Below are positions 7,957-17,670 of a stretch of DNA of 64,000 nt, piece by piece; positions within the stretch are counted from its first letter, which is position 1, and every line of letters begins with the position of its first letter. The position numbers and the translations under genes were made by a program. Source of the stretch: a virus (lineage: Duplodnaviria; Caudoviricetes); IMG/VR virus record IMGVR_UViG_2830161386_000001, positions 32,001-96,000 of that record. One strand, written 5' to 3'. The notes beneath the pieces are model-generated. The model did no database searches and was not told the origin of the DNA. It worked only from the letters and a program-made list of their open reading frames with translations.

Positions 7957-10902
7957 TTATCCGGTCTCGTCGGCAAAGGTGGCGTCGATTGCATTGTTTT
8001 CGTCTTGGATTTCGCTTCGGTAGTTGCGGGCCCAGTCCGCACGCTCTTTCATAAACGCCTGGTCCCGGCTTGCCATTTCAAACACGCGGTAGGGCGCCGA
8101 CCAGTCGGTCCCGCTGTTTGCCTGCTCCGCCCCCAGCACGCCTTTGAAAAACTCCTCTTCGGTTGCAACCGGCCGACTGGTATTCCGGCGCACCCAGCTG
8201 CGCGGCTCGTTTGCGTTTTTGTAGGCCCGGTGCAGGACCTGAAGAGCATCGGCAACGCTCATGGAATCTCCCTCAGAAGCGTCTTCAGAAGTGTCTTCAG
8301 AACTGTCGCCGGAAAGCTCGTTGGCCCAGTCGATGACCGACCCGACCTCCAAGAGGTCCTGGTACATCTCGTCCCCGATGGACTGGTCGCTAAATCGGTC
8401 CTCGAAAAAGATCGGGTTCCGGGGGTACCCGGCCTCGTTCATCTTGTGGCCGTCGGCGGAGTTGGCCATTTCGATGTGCTCGCGCACCGGGTTTTCCCGG
8501 TCGGTGTGGAAGGTGCAGTGGCTCATCGAAATCTCGGTGCTTGCCGACTCTTCCCGCACGCTCACCCGGTCGGTGATCTTTTCGATTGTGCCGGTTGTCC
8601 ACCCGAGCGCCGGGTGGTGGACCGCCGCCGGAAAGCCTGCCGCAAGGCTTGTGTTCAGCGGCAGGCTGACGCTAAAGACCCGGCTGCTTTTTCGCAGCAT
8701 CGAGAGCTTGTAATTAGCCCAGATCGAATCGGCGGTCAGAGATTCGGTGTCCTCCTCGTAGTTGTTGAGGGCGTCTTTCCGGGCCTCCATCGCCTCCTGC
8801 ACGACCTCGTTTGTCAGGGGCGTGAGGCTCGAAATAATGTCCTCGTTTGTCTGGATCGCGTCGCTTATATCCTGCTTAATTTCAGGAACGGCCCCGTCTG
8901 TCCCTAGCTTCGGAAAGGGAAACTTTCCGATGCTCGGCTGCACGCCTCGAAGCAGCTCCTCCATCGTGTAGAGGCTCAGCATGTGACTCGGGAGCGCGCT
9001 GTTTCCGTTTTGAATGGCGGACATCATGTCATTGAGCGCGGCGGCGGCCGTCTCCTCATGGGCGGCTCGCTTCTTTTCGATCGACTCGGAGAGCTCCTGA
9101 AACGAACCCGGCACGTCTTCCGCCTCTGCTTCCTGGACCCGCTCTCGGAACGACTCTTTCTCCGACTCGCTCATCACGTCGGGAATTTCGCCGCCGTCTT
9201 TGAGCTGGCTAATGAGATACGCGATCTTTCGGGGGGCGTAGGCCCGTTTGCTTGCAATTTCCTTTGCGGCGGGGGACCTGCCGGTCAGCTGGCTCAAGAT
9301 GCCGAGTTCCCGCCGCATCATAAGGCGGGTCGGCGTTCCGGTAAAGCGCTCCTGCGCGCTTATGCTCTCGATTTGGTTGTCAAACAGAACGTTGCAGCGG
9401 GGCGGCGGGGCTTCCCGTATAGTTGGTTTGATGAGGTGGGTTGGGAGGGTCTCCGGCGCCGTTTTCATTGCGCCCGGGGGCCGCCCGTCAACGGTAGGCG
9501 CAGGGGCGGAGTACCCCTCTTCAATTTGCCGCTTTTCGAAGGTGTCGTAGTAGTCTCGCAGGTCCTCGTGGGTGAGGTCCGGCGACCGGAGCGCGTCGAG
9601 CGGGGAGGTGCCCGAGCGGTCCGGAATCGAGGCCCACCGCTGGGCGGCGCGGTGGTTTGCCTCTTTGATGTTTCCGTTCAGGATCGGCTCGATGGCGCCC
9701 TCCTTTTTCAAAAGTGCAATCGCGGCGTAGTCTTGTTCTTGCTTTGAAAAACCGCTTAGGTACTGGCCGTACTCCTCGCTCCGAACCTGGTCCCAAGTGG
9801 TCGCTGTTATTTGATACCGGCCCGCTGCGGAGGTTTTCTTCCCGTCTCCGCGGTCGGCGTAAACCCGGGGGTGGCGCATGAGACCAGTCATGTTTTGGAA
9901 CTCTCGCCCGCCATAGAGCGTCTGGTACTGCTGTTCTTTCGAGTACCCGAGCCCGTTGAACTCCGCCTGCGCGATGGTGTCGAGGTAGGCCCGGACCCGC
10001 GGGTCTTTTCGGAGCTGAGGAAGGGACATGTCCGGGGTGGTGTCTGGAATCTCTCCGCTGCCTACAGTGAGCTTTTCTTTTTTCTTGTTTGGCTTAGACT
10101 GAGTCTCGCTTCGCTTTGGCTTCCGAAACGGAGCGCTCGGCAGGGTAACCATCTCGTGGAAGCTTTCCCGCAGCACAAGGCGCACCACGTCCATAAGCGT
10201 GGCGCTCGCGGGCAGCTCCCGGAAGCGGCGCCGAAAGAAGTCCAGTGTGTTGTCTTTCTGGAGCCACTTTGTGATCCGCTTGTTTTCGACGTACCCGATC
10301 CGGGAGTCGGTGCCGAGGGCGTTGTAGTTGCGGCGAAAAATTGGGCTGAGGCTCCCCATCGACCCCAAGATGGAGACAATCGCTTGCACCGGCCCCTCTT
10401 TTTCGATGAATTGGTCCAGAGCAAACTTGTAGGAGAAAAACCGGGAGCCGCCTTTGCTGCTTTTGTCGGCCATCTGGGCCCCGCGGGCCCCTTCGACCCC
10501 ATCAAATATTTCCTCGTCCTCCGCCGAGGAGAGCCCGTAGAAAAAGTGGGCCTCCTTTTCGGAGACAAACCCCCGGTTCTGGTCTACGTCAAACCCCATG
10601 CTCGTTTCGTTCCAGTCCCCGTCGATGCCCTCACACCGAATCCGCGTGGCGAGCCGCCCCTTCGAGGAGCGGAGGGCCCGGTTTTTGACCCGCCCCTCCG
10701 CAAAAAGCGCCCAGGGCTCCTCCCCCTCCTTGACAAACGCGTGGACGACAGTGTCCGGCAGGACGCGAAACGCAGACGGGGTCGGCGGCAGCCGGACGGT
10801 AAACTCCAGCGGCGCCCCCACTTGCTGCGTGCGGGTAATGCCGTATGCGGGGATTCGGACCCCCTCGGCGTAGACGCGAAGGTCGTAGGACCGGTCTTCC
10901 AT
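7957..10902 (-). CDS. Baseplate hub-like protein with inserted lambda-R-type muramidase (lytic transglycosylase) domain
   Basis: Central domain VRAYLDTIAQAE...LYGG...TSAAGRYQI...WD...FSKQEQDYAA..LL...RWASIP matches lambda R/GH104. The flanking beta-rich N-terminus and C-terminal GFPA...G.IEKITD segment fit a hub fold. Confidence 0.75.
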   Translation of the reverse strand: MEDRSYDLRVYAEGVRIPAYGITRTQQVGAPLEFTVRLPPTPSAFRVLPDTVVHAFVKEGEEPWALFAEGRVKNRALRSSKGRLATRIRCEGIDGDWNETSMGFDVDQNRGFVSEKEAHFFYGLSSAEDEEIFDGVEGARGAQMADKSSKGGSRFFSYKFALDQFIEKEGPVQAIVSILGSMGSLSPIFRRNYNALGTDSRIGYVENKRITKWLQKDNTLDFFRRRFRELPASATLMDVVRLVLRESFHEMVTLPSAPFRKPKRSETQSKPNKKKEKLTVGSGEIPDTTPDMSLPQLRKDPRVRAYLDTIAQAEFNGLGYSKEQQYQTLYGGREFQNMTGLMRHPRVYADRGDGKKTSAAGRYQITATTWDQVRSEEYGQYLSGFSKQEQDYAAIALLKKEGAIEPILNGNIKEANHRAAQRWASIPDRSGTSPLDALRSPDLTHEDLRDYYDTFEKRQIEEGYSAPAPTVDGRPPGAMKTAPETLPTHLIKPTIREAPPPRCNVLFDNQIESISAQERFTGTPTRLMMRRELGILSQLTGRSPAAKEIASKRAYAPRKIAYLISQLKDGGEIPDVMSESEKESFRERVQEAEAEDVPGSFQELSESIEKKRAAHEETAAAALNDMMSAIQNGNSALPSHMLSLYTMEELLRGVQPSIGKFPFPKLGTDGAVPEIKQDISDAIQTNEDIISSLTPLTNEVVQEAMEARKDALNNYEEDTESLTADSIWANYKLSMLRKSSRVFSVSLPLNTSLAAGFPAAVHHPALGWTTGTIEKITDRVSVREESASTEISMSHCTFHTDRENPVREHIEMANSADGHKMNEAGYPRNPIFFEDRFSDQSIGDEMYQDLLEVGSVIDWANELSGDSSEDTSEDASEGDSMSVADALQVLHRAYKNANEPRSWVRRNTSRPVATEEEFFKGVLGAEQANSGTDWSAPYRVFEMASRDQAFMKERADWARNYRSEIQDENNAIDATFADETG

Positions 10903-10937
10903 AAAGCTATTTTGTTGGGCGTATTAGCATATAACTT

Positions 10938-11705
10938 CTATGTGCCTTGAAGCCCCGCGATTTCGGACTGCTCGGCCTCCTCTTCCGGAGCGGCGGGCAC
11001 GTCGGCGGCCAGCTCCCGGGAGGCGGGCGTGAACCGGAACGAGGCGCTTTCGATGTCGAAGCTCCGGACGTACATCGAAAACTGGAACCGGGCCATCGCC
11101 GGGTCCATCTTCTCGCTTTGCGTGGTGCTGAAGTTGAGGATATACCCCCGGAGCGACAGGTCCCCAATCCGGAACCGGACAAACTCGTTGTTGCGCATCA
11201 TCTTGGTCGGGCGCAGTCGCTGGCGGTAAAACATCTCCATCGCCTTTCGCCACTGGGTTTCGCCGGTCCCGCTTCGCAGAATGCCATTGAACCCCCATAT
11301 TTTCGGCTTCTCCCCGAAGGAGTGGGCAATTTCCGGGGCGTCCCCGAACGTCGACCGGACGGAGAACCGCTCTGCGTTTTTGAAGCTCGTGTTCGTGATA
11401 ATAAACCGGTACTCTTGGAGGGGCGTCCCGTTTTGGGTCACCCGCTCGGAGCGAGGGACTTCCTTTCCGCCTCGCTGCTGCACCACGCTGCGGTAGATGT
11501 CGATGTGGGCCTGCGTGCCGCTTTTTCCGCCCCGCCCGCTCTCGACGGCCGAAAACAAGCGCTTGGCAAGCTGGTCCGAAACGCTCGTGTCCGGGGCCTC
11601 CGCCGCGGCCCGCTCCGCGTCGTCGCGGGTGGCGGCCGCGTCGATCTCGTTTGCCGGGCTGTCAAATAAGTTTTTTACTGCTCGGGTAACGCCTGCAAAT
11701 GGCAT
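10938..11705 (-). CDS. Putative baseplate / tail-tube initiator-type protein
   Basis: 255 aa; tube-fold-like pattern (FSVRSTFGD...FGEKPKIWGFNGIL...LRGYILNF...FQFSMYV); lies next to the hub gene. Confidence 0.55.
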   Translation of the reverse strand: MPFAGVTRAVKNLFDSPANEIDAAATRDDAERAAAEAPDTSVSDQLAKRLFSAVESGRGGKSGTQAHIDIYRSVVQQRGGKEVPRSERVTQNGTPLQEYRFIITNTSFKNAERFSVRSTFGDAPEIAHSFGEKPKIWGFNGILRSGTGETQWRKAMEMFYRQRLRPTKMMRNNEFVRFRIGDLSLRGYILNFSTTQSEKMDPAMARFQFSMYVRSFDIESASFRFTPASRELAADVPAAPEEEAEQSEIAGLQGT

Positions 11706-11725
11706 ATTCAGCTATATTTATCGAG

Positions 11726-12685
11726 TTACGCCCACCGGGCTTCAATGGGGCCGAAGTCTTGGATGGGCCGGTTTTTGTAGTCGCGGAGGTTTCCGTCTTC
11801 GTATCGGGCGCGAACCGGCGTGCCGCTTTCCGCGCCGGGCAGCTCGACAATAAGGGTGTCCTTGTTGCGCGGGTCCCGCACCACGTCCGGGCGGCGGGCG
11901 TCCCGGCCGACGCGGGCGGTGACCCCGTCGACTTGGTAGGTGCACAGGTCTGTCGAAAAGGTAAGGAGCCCCTCCGCCGCCGTTGATCCGCGGCCCTCCG
12001 ACACGACAAACGACTCGGGGGCCGCCGGGCTGGGCTCCTCTTTCACCTCCCCGCACTCGAAGCTGTCGGCCCGCAAGCTGTATTCGCTCGTGTCTGCAAC
12101 GCCGCCGTATTGAGGATTCTCTTCGTCTTGGCGGCGTTCCTGCCGCTCTAAAATTACGAAGCCTGACTGTACCACCGCCTGGTACACGTCGTCCTGCTCG
12201 GTGCCTTGGCGGGCGGGCTGGGGGGCCTGCATCTTTGGTTTCATCATGCCGAAAATGCCCCGGCGCCCCAGGTCCTTTCGTGCCAGGTCGATCAGGCGCC
12301 GCACCCGGTCGCCCAGCGCGTTGGCCTCGGCGGCCTCCTCCGCCGTGCAGATAAACATCACCTGCGCCTGGTCCGCGTAGACGTGCCGCCGGACCGCCTT
12401 TGTCCATTTGTTGAGGTTGTTGATCGAGCCCTCGTATTCGGAAATCGGGCCAATCCGTACCTCGATGCGGGGAAAGGACGCCTGGTCCTCGTTTGAAAGC
12501 GCGGACCGGACCCCAAGGCGACGCTCGCTTGGGTCTTCGCTGTAGGGAAACGTCTCGTGGCCCAGAAACGCGGCCCGGACCATTTCTATAAACGTCCGTT
12601 CGGCCTTTGCGCGGAGGCCATCGGTTAGGGGGGCGGTTGTGCCCTGGGCCGGGCCTAAATCGGGGTCAAATTGGCTATCAGTCAT
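11726..12685 (-). CDS. Putative tail completion/terminator protein
   Basis: 319 aa; FPRIEV...FICTA.....ANALGD.V pattern typical of tail terminator folds; synteny. Confidence 0.5.
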   Translation of the reverse strand: MTDSQFDPDLGPAQGTTAPLTDGLRAKAERTFIEMVRAAFLGHETFPYSEDPSERRLGVRSALSNEDQASFPRIEVRIGPISEYEGSINNLNKWTKAVRRHVYADQAQVMFICTAEEAAEANALGDRVRRLIDLARKDLGRRGIFGMMKPKMQAPQPARQGTEQDDVYQAVVQSGFVILERQERRQDEENPQYGGVADTSEYSLRADSFECGEVKEEPSPAAPESFVVSEGRGSTAAEGLLTFSTDLCTYQVDGVTARVGRDARRPDVVRDPRNKDTLIVELPGAESGTPVRARYEDGNLRDYKNRPIQDFGPIEARWA

Positions 12686-13037
12686 CGGGATCGGAAGGCG
12701 GGTGAGCCCGCCTGATCTCGCCTTTCCAGTCGTGGAGGCGAGCAGGGGGCACGGTCTGAAGCGAGCATGGAACGGCGTGTCCGTTTTCGGTGGCCCGCCA
12801 TTCGGTTCGTTCGGTCACGATCGGGGCGGGCTTTCCATTGGTAAAAGCCCCGAATGGCAAGATTCCCCATTCCGTGTCCGGGGGCGTTGTTGCCGAAAAC
12901 ACGAGCGCGGCAGCGCCCGCATCGGCCATCGTTCCCCCGTCTTTGAGCCGCCCGAGCAGACGGGGCGGCGTTTCTTTCGTCCACACCCCCTCTAACACGC
13001 CGGAGGACCGCTGGAGAACGATCGGAGCAACGTCCAT
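12678..13037 (-). CDS. Hypothetical protein
   Basis: 119 aa with ATG start that fills the gap and overlaps the next start. Its composition is more protein-like than the alternative 12682..13089 frame. Confidence 0.5.
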   Translation of the reverse strand: MDVAPIVLQRSSGVLEGVWTKETPPRLLGRLKDGGTMADAGAAALVFSATTPPDTEWGILPFGAFTNGKPAPIVTERTEWRATENGHAVPCSLQTVPPARLHDWKGEIRRAHPPSDPDD

Positions 13038-13092
13038 CTGCGCGCTGGCCTACTTCGTTTTTTGCTTGGGGCAGCTGCTTAAAACTCAAATT

Positions 13093-16000
13093 TTATTGGT
13101 ACGGCGTGTCGACCCGAGGGGTGACCTGGACGGACGTGTGGTCGGTGTCGGACACGCCCCCGACGGTGACCGTCACGCGGAGCCGAAGCGTTTTAACGCG
13201 GACCGAGGGGCTCTCGTAGTCGAACACGTCGTTTTCGCGGTAGAGCGGGCCTTCGTATTCGGTGCGCCCGATTTCATCGTCGGGTCGGAGCCGCTCCAGC
13301 TCCGTCGTGTCCCCGAAGAGATTCGACCAGTCGACGGTCACCGACACCTGCGTCGTCGAAGTGCCGGGGACCACCGTTTTGTTGGTAATCGGAAGCGTGG
13401 TGCCGCCGACCCACCCAATGTTTTTGCTGTCGATGCTTCCCTTGTTGACCTCGTAGTTTATCGTAAGCGACTCGTCCCGGTGGACGATCACCTGCGAGGG
13501 GCCGGTAATCTCGACGTTCTTCTGTGCCGCTTCCCCAATGGAGGTCACCCGTATTACCGGGTAGACGCTTCCTCCGATTTCAACCTCTCGGCTCATCACG
13601 ATACCGGTAGCTGTCAGGTCCGTCCCAGCTGGGACTGACACCGACCCGCTTTGGTCGACCAGGTATTCGGTTCCACCGTGGCTTACGACAACGCGCTCGT
13701 TGTCGGTTTCGCCGGTCACGTAGCGGTCGACGGTAAGGGCCCCGTCGCCGTTTCCGGAAAAGTCCCGCGCCTTCTTGTAGCGAGCAACATAAACGACGCT
13801 CCCGGACCCGCTGTCTTTGACCTGGGTACGCCCCTGGATGTGCGTTCCCCCCGGTCCGGCGGCGGGCTCGCGGCGCTCCCCGCTGATCGCCTGGGTGTTC
13901 GGCGGAAGCGACGACCGGTTTTTCTCAAACGTGTTTGCCCGCCGGCGCCACTCGTCAAAAATGTAGTTGTCTCCGCTTTCGCCAGTGGCCTCGATGGGGG
14001 CCTGCACGTCAAGGTCCGCCCCTTCGACCAGACCCCGAGAGAACGGCGGCTTGCGGCGCGCTGAGTCCGGCGGGGTGTTGTACCCAAGCTCCGGGGGCGC
14101 GCCCGCAAGGTCTGCCTCGTTTCCGTCGGCGGCGGCATCTACGATAAACCGGCTCTCGATGCGGTCGACTCGGGACTGGCTTTGCGGGTCGGACTGGACG
14201 GTGAAGGTGTGGCGCCCGAACTCGATGGTTTCGGACTTCATCCAGGCCTTCGCCCCGCTTTCGTTGAGGTCGCAGACGTAGGGCTGGTTCTCCGCGCCGT
14301 TGTAGTAGTAGTCTCCCACCGAGGCGCCTCCGACCGGCGGGGCGCTTTCGAAGCGGCCCCGGTTTTTGAGAACAAGCCCTTTTCCGTCGTGCAGGTCCCC
14401 GCCGGCAAGGCTTGAGGGGTAAAACACGTATTCAATCGCGAAGCTCGTTTCGATCCACAGGTTTGTCGCCCGGCTCGGGACGAGCACCTCAACGCCGTTG
14501 TTCGTGTGCTGAAGCGCGTAGTAGTAGGGGTCCCCGACCTGATTGCCAAACCGGGAGGCACCCTTGTAGGCAATCTGCGGCACAAGCCGCTCTTCCGGCA
14601 GCCGGCGGATCCGGATGTCCAAGACGTCGGACGGCACCATCTTTTTGGCCCGAAGCTGAAGCGCCCGGACCTCCTCGGTTTCTTCGACCGGGTGCTGCGG
14701 CGCGCTTGGGTCGCTGGCCATCTCGAAATTCGCGTCCAGCCCGTACCCGTCCAGCGCCTCGTCGGAGGCCGCGGCCCAGGGCTCCTCGAAAATCCCGGAC
14801 TTTGCGTCGGAAGACTCTTTTTTCGGCCAGCGCTTCGGAAACGGCCCATAGGGGGTTGGCTCCTGGGCCTCCCCGACCCGGGAGTCGTAGCGCCAGTAAG
14901 AGGCAGTGTTGCCGTAGGTCGTGCTTTCGGTAATCGAAGAGACGCGCTCTTCTTTAAACGAAAGCACGTTGGGGCCGACCACCGAGGGCTGGCTCTGTTC
15001 GTACCGGACGGCGAAGAAGTCCGACCCCCGCGCCCCGGCGTTAAACTCCAGCGTCACGACCGGCGCCTCCTCCTTCGACAGCTGCTCGATATTGGGGAGG
15101 TTTTTGATCGCGACTTGCGGGTCGCCCTGCCCAACAAGCACCTTAAAGTTCGCCTCTTCGGTAATCTCTTCTCGGGTGGAGTTTTCGTCGCTCTCGCCCG
15201 GCGGGGTGTAGCGCATAAACACCTTCTGCACGCTCCCCAGATTCCGGCCGGAAAAGCGGGTCACGCCCGGCTGCCTCGGCACGTCGAATGGACCGCTCAC
15301 CTTCGGCGGCGTGCCGTAGAGAGACGCCTGGTCGATAATCTTTCGGATCTCGTTCAGGCGGTTTTCCAGGTACTCGTTGAACGTTTCCGGATCGATGGTC
15401 TCCATCATCTCCTGGTACCCGGAGTAGATGTCGTTGATCGCCCGGTGGAGGTCAAACCCAAGCTGCGCGTTGAACTTGTCCCGCAGCTCCTTAGTGCGAA
15501 GGGTCGTTTTCTCTCCGTTTTGCCCGTCTTCCCCGACCGGCTGTACGGTTACCCGGTAGTCGGTCCCGCCCTTGATGCCGTTTAGATTGACGTTCATGGT
15601 GTCCCCCTGAAACGAGCCGCGGCTTACGTCGACCTGGATCCAGTACCCTTCGTTGTCGCTGTACGGGAAGGTCTGAATCGGGTCTCCATTTTCGTCGGTA
15701 AGGCTGCTTGCCTGGTCGGCCCGCATCTTTGGCTCGTAGCGCCAGTACCCGTTGTTTTCCGCGTTGCTGTCGCTCGCGACGTGGACGACGTCGTTTTCTT
15801 TCAGTGGGCGATCGCTGTCGGTCGTAACGTCGAGGCGGCCCATGTTGTGAGACAGGTTCGTCAGGTCCTGCTTCTCCGAGACGCTGCCCCGGTAGCGGTC
15901 GCTCATAAGATCAATCCAGGTCAGCTCCCGCATCAGCTCGGTCGTCGATCGGTACACCACCGTTTCCCGCTCGGTTTGCCAGCCCTCTCCGGTAAGCATT

Positions 16001-17592
16001 TCGACGGCCAGCTTGTACCCGACGGTCATTGACTGCTTCGTCTCGCTTCGGGTGCGGGACTGCGGCGTGATTTCGATCCGGAGGTTGACCTCCTGCTCCT
16101 GGATTCGCTTTAGCTCCTCCCGGATCCGGTCGATGTACCGGTCGAGGTCCTCCTGGTTGACCTTTGGCTCCCCCCGCTGATCGACCTCGATGTTGTTGAA
16201 CGGGTTTGCCGGGATCGTGTCGCCGTCCTCTTCGGTGGCCGGCTCGACCTGCTCGCCGGAGAGGTCAATGGAGGCGGGGGCCCGCGGGGCGATCAGCTCC
16301 GGAATTTCGACGCTGTGGGTCGTGGTGGCGCGGGCGTCTTGGCTTTTGCTTTGAATAATGACGTTCCACGCGCCGGGCTCAAGGCTCAGCTGCCCGACCG
16401 GCGCCCGCGAGTCGCTCTCGACGGCGAAGTCCTTGCTTCCCTTTCCTTTGCGGAACCACTTGAGGCTCGGCTCCGCGACGACTTGAAACTCCTCGGCCCC
16501 GTTTGTAATCGCGGCGTTCGGGTCCTCGGTCGCGCTGCTTTCAATCTCTGTCTTCAAGGAAACGGTGTTGGGCCCGGGGAACCCTTCGATCGGATAGAGG
16601 TCCCCGTCAAACCGGAGCTGAAGCGGCACGTCCGGGCTTTGGTAATTGATGGACCCGAAGTTCTGCTCGGTGCGGATCTCCACGCTTTTCGGGCCGGTCT
16701 TTGTCGCCAAAACCCCGTAGAGGTTCCACTCCACCTCTACAACCCGCGCCGGGTCCGGCCGGATCTCCAGCTCCGCGTCGATTGTGTTCATGTCCCGCAG
16801 GGTTTTCCGGACGGCCGGCTCGTTTCGGGTCCGGACAAAGACCGGCTCAGCCGCCTCTTTCAGCCGGGTCACGACCCGCTCGCCGTTTAGCATCTGGTCG
16901 TCAAACAGGGCGTGGATGTCCTCGACGATGCCGTCTCGGCCAAACACTTCCTCGACGTCGCCGACCAGGGCCGGGTCCACCATTTTCTCCCGGAGCGTCT
17001 GGTCGGCCCGGAGGCGGGCGGCGTGGCTCGCCCGCACGTCCTCAACGTACGGCTCTCCGAGCCCGCTTGGCGTCACGCGGCCGACCGGCACGCCCTCTTC
17101 GATGGCCGGGGCCGACTCCGTTAGGATAAGCCTGTATCCGGGGACGACTCGAAGCTCGACCTCTCCGTTTCCGTAGGGCACAATGTCAACGGGGGTGTCT
17201 CGCGTCTCCTCGTACATCAAGCTGAGGTAGGCGTCCTCGCTTGTAGAAAAAAGCGGCTCAGACCACTCTCCGTCCTTGCGGATCCGGACCTCACCGCCGC
17301 TTTGAAACCGCTCGCGGTCTACCACGAGAGAGGTGGTCGACTGGACGCGCACGACGCCCTTGCCAACGACGGCAAAGCCGGGGCGCACCGCGAGCTCGAC
17401 GCCGCTATCGACGTTGGCCTCGCTGGCCTGTGGCTCTAGCTCGTCGGTATGCGGGGCCGTCACGCCTCTTTTTTCAAAAAGCGCGTCGGCAAGGGCTTGC
17501 AGGTTTTCGTTGGCGTACCGCTGGCTGAGCTCGGCAATCTCGTACGGGTGGCCCATGACCACCCCGTCTTCAATGTTTAGCTTTTTTATCAT
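13093..17592 (-). CDS. Large virion protein (baseplate-anchored fibre/wedge extension with FN3/Ig-like segments)
   Basis: 1499 aa; N-terminal GVELAVRPGFAVVG segment typical of baseplate-attached fibre proteins; FN3-like NGIKGGTDYRVTVQPV; shares a domain with the 1055-aa neighbour. Confidence 0.65.
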   Translation of the reverse strand: MIKKLNIEDGVVMGHPYEIAELSQRYANENLQALADALFEKRGVTAPHTDELEPQASEANVDSGVELAVRPGFAVVGKGVVRVQSTTSLVVDRERFQSGGEVRIRKDGEWSEPLFSTSEDAYLSLMYEETRDTPVDIVPYGNGEVELRVVPGYRLILTESAPAIEEGVPVGRVTPSGLGEPYVEDVRASHAARLRADQTLREKMVDPALVGDVEEVFGRDGIVEDIHALFDDQMLNGERVVTRLKEAAEPVFVRTRNEPAVRKTLRDMNTIDAELEIRPDPARVVEVEWNLYGVLATKTGPKSVEIRTEQNFGSINYQSPDVPLQLRFDGDLYPIEGFPGPNTVSLKTEIESSATEDPNAAITNGAEEFQVVAEPSLKWFRKGKGSKDFAVESDSRAPVGQLSLEPGAWNVIIQSKSQDARATTTHSVEIPELIAPRAPASIDLSGEQVEPATEEDGDTIPANPFNNIEVDQRGEPKVNQEDLDRYIDRIREELKRIQEQEVNLRIEITPQSRTRSETKQSMTVGYKLAVEMLTGEGWQTERETVVYRSTTELMRELTWIDLMSDRYRGSVSEKQDLTNLSHNMGRLDVTTDSDRPLKENDVVHVASDSNAENNGYWRYEPKMRADQASSLTDENGDPIQTFPYSDNEGYWIQVDVSRGSFQGDTMNVNLNGIKGGTDYRVTVQPVGEDGQNGEKTTLRTKELRDKFNAQLGFDLHRAINDIYSGYQEMMETIDPETFNEYLENRLNEIRKIIDQASLYGTPPKVSGPFDVPRQPGVTRFSGRNLGSVQKVFMRYTPPGESDENSTREEITEEANFKVLVGQGDPQVAIKNLPNIEQLSKEEAPVVTLEFNAGARGSDFFAVRYEQSQPSVVGPNVLSFKEERVSSITESTTYGNTASYWRYDSRVGEAQEPTPYGPFPKRWPKKESSDAKSGIFEEPWAAASDEALDGYGLDANFEMASDPSAPQHPVEETEEVRALQLRAKKMVPSDVLDIRIRRLPEERLVPQIAYKGASRFGNQVGDPYYYALQHTNNGVEVLVPSRATNLWIETSFAIEYVFYPSSLAGGDLHDGKGLVLKNRGRFESAPPVGGASVGDYYYNGAENQPYVCDLNESGAKAWMKSETIEFGRHTFTVQSDPQSQSRVDRIESRFIVDAAADGNEADLAGAPPELGYNTPPDSARRKPPFSRGLVEGADLDVQAPIEATGESGDNYIFDEWRRRANTFEKNRSSLPPNTQAISGERREPAAGPGGTHIQGRTQVKDSGSGSVVYVARYKKARDFSGNGDGALTVDRYVTGETDNERVVVSHGGTEYLVDQSGSVSVPAGTDLTATGIVMSREVEIGGSVYPVIRVTSIGEAAQKNVEITGPSQVIVHRDESLTINYEVNKGSIDSKNIGWVGGTTLPITNKTVVPGTSTTQVSVTVDWSNLFGDTTELERLRPDDEIGRTEYEGPLYRENDVFDYESPSVRVKTLRLRVTVTVGGVSDTDHTSVQVTPRVDTPYQ
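13621..13636. promoter_or_regulatory. 16-bp palindrome copy 2 (CGTCCCAGCTGGGACT, 1 mismatch), intragenic
   Basis: Inside the 1499-aa gene, where it encodes SVPAGT. Confidence 0.75.
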
Positions 17593-17625
17593 CGGTAGGT
17601 TAGGTTAAGTGTGGCGCGCCTGCCA

Positions 17626-17670
17626 AGAGCTAAAAATCAGAGAGCTAAAAATCAGAGAGCTAAAAATTAG
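17626..17670. repeat. Tandem repeat, 3 x 15 bp (AGAGCTAAAAATCAG)
   Basis: agagctaaaaatcag agagctaaaaatcag agagctaaaaattag; overlaps the stop codon of the 1055-aa gene. Confidence 0.9.

Noticed and set aside
12682-13089. Alternative 135-aa minus-strand ORF
   Set aside because: TTG start and Arg-rich, shadow-like composition; 12678..13037 was preferred.
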